Below, piece by piece: positions 63,844 to 64,000 of a stretch of DNA of 64,000 nucleotides. The number at the start of each line of letters is the position of its first letter. Positions within the stretch are counted from its first letter, which is position 1. A program made the translations under genes and the position numbers. The stretch covers positions 7,192,001 to 7,256,000 of the forward strand of contig NC_090347.1 of the NCBI RefSeq assembly GCF_035084215.1, read 5' to 3'. The notes beneath the pieces were generated by a model that searched no databases, was not told where the DNA came from, and worked only from the letters and a program-made list of their open reading frames with translations. This DNA comes from Heptranchias perlo. Its lineage: Eukaryota.

Positions 63844-64000
63844 TAATGCATAATTTTATTTTTCAACACCAAAGGGCTTAAGTAGACTAGAATTGTGCTG
63901 TTATTGTGCATTTCCAAATATCAGATTTGTTCTTCAGGGTAATGTGTATTACCAGGAAAGCTGTGATAAGTTCACAACAAATTGTGGCAAAATTGCACAT

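Noticed and set aside
46899-64000. SMURF2 exon 2 (LCAKNLVKKDFF)
   Set aside because: Not found by eye; presumed to lie beyond the window.
1-64000. CRISPR arrays or prokaryotic systems
   Set aside because: Spliceosomal introns and vertebrate TEs throughout; no repeat-spacer array seen.

Overview
Vertebrate genomic DNA, most likely a shark or other cartilaginous fish (inferred from CR1/L2 LINEs, SacSINE1-like DeuSINEs and Penelope-type repeats). Gene order: the 5' part of a C17orf58-like gene (- strand, two coding exons, runs off the left edge); a tRNA-Arg(CCG) gene (-); a complete KPNA2/importin alpha-1 gene (+, 1 non-coding and 10 coding exons, 525 aa) with a CCAAT/CHR promoter; and the first coding exon of SMURF2 (+), whose intron 1 fills the rest of the window. 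Repeats include nested CR1, hAT and PIF/Harbinger elements, among them a 3.3-kb Harbinger with a Myb/SANT gene and a transposase lacking its DDE domain. The most unusual signal is a set of 165-240 bp TSD-flanked, fold-back Penelope-like insertions, each carrying a minimal type-I hammerhead ribozyme (one is a perfect 100-bp-arm palindrome), plus a second Penelope-like family with a different hammerhead. All calls were made by eye; coordinates of degenerate repeats are approximate.
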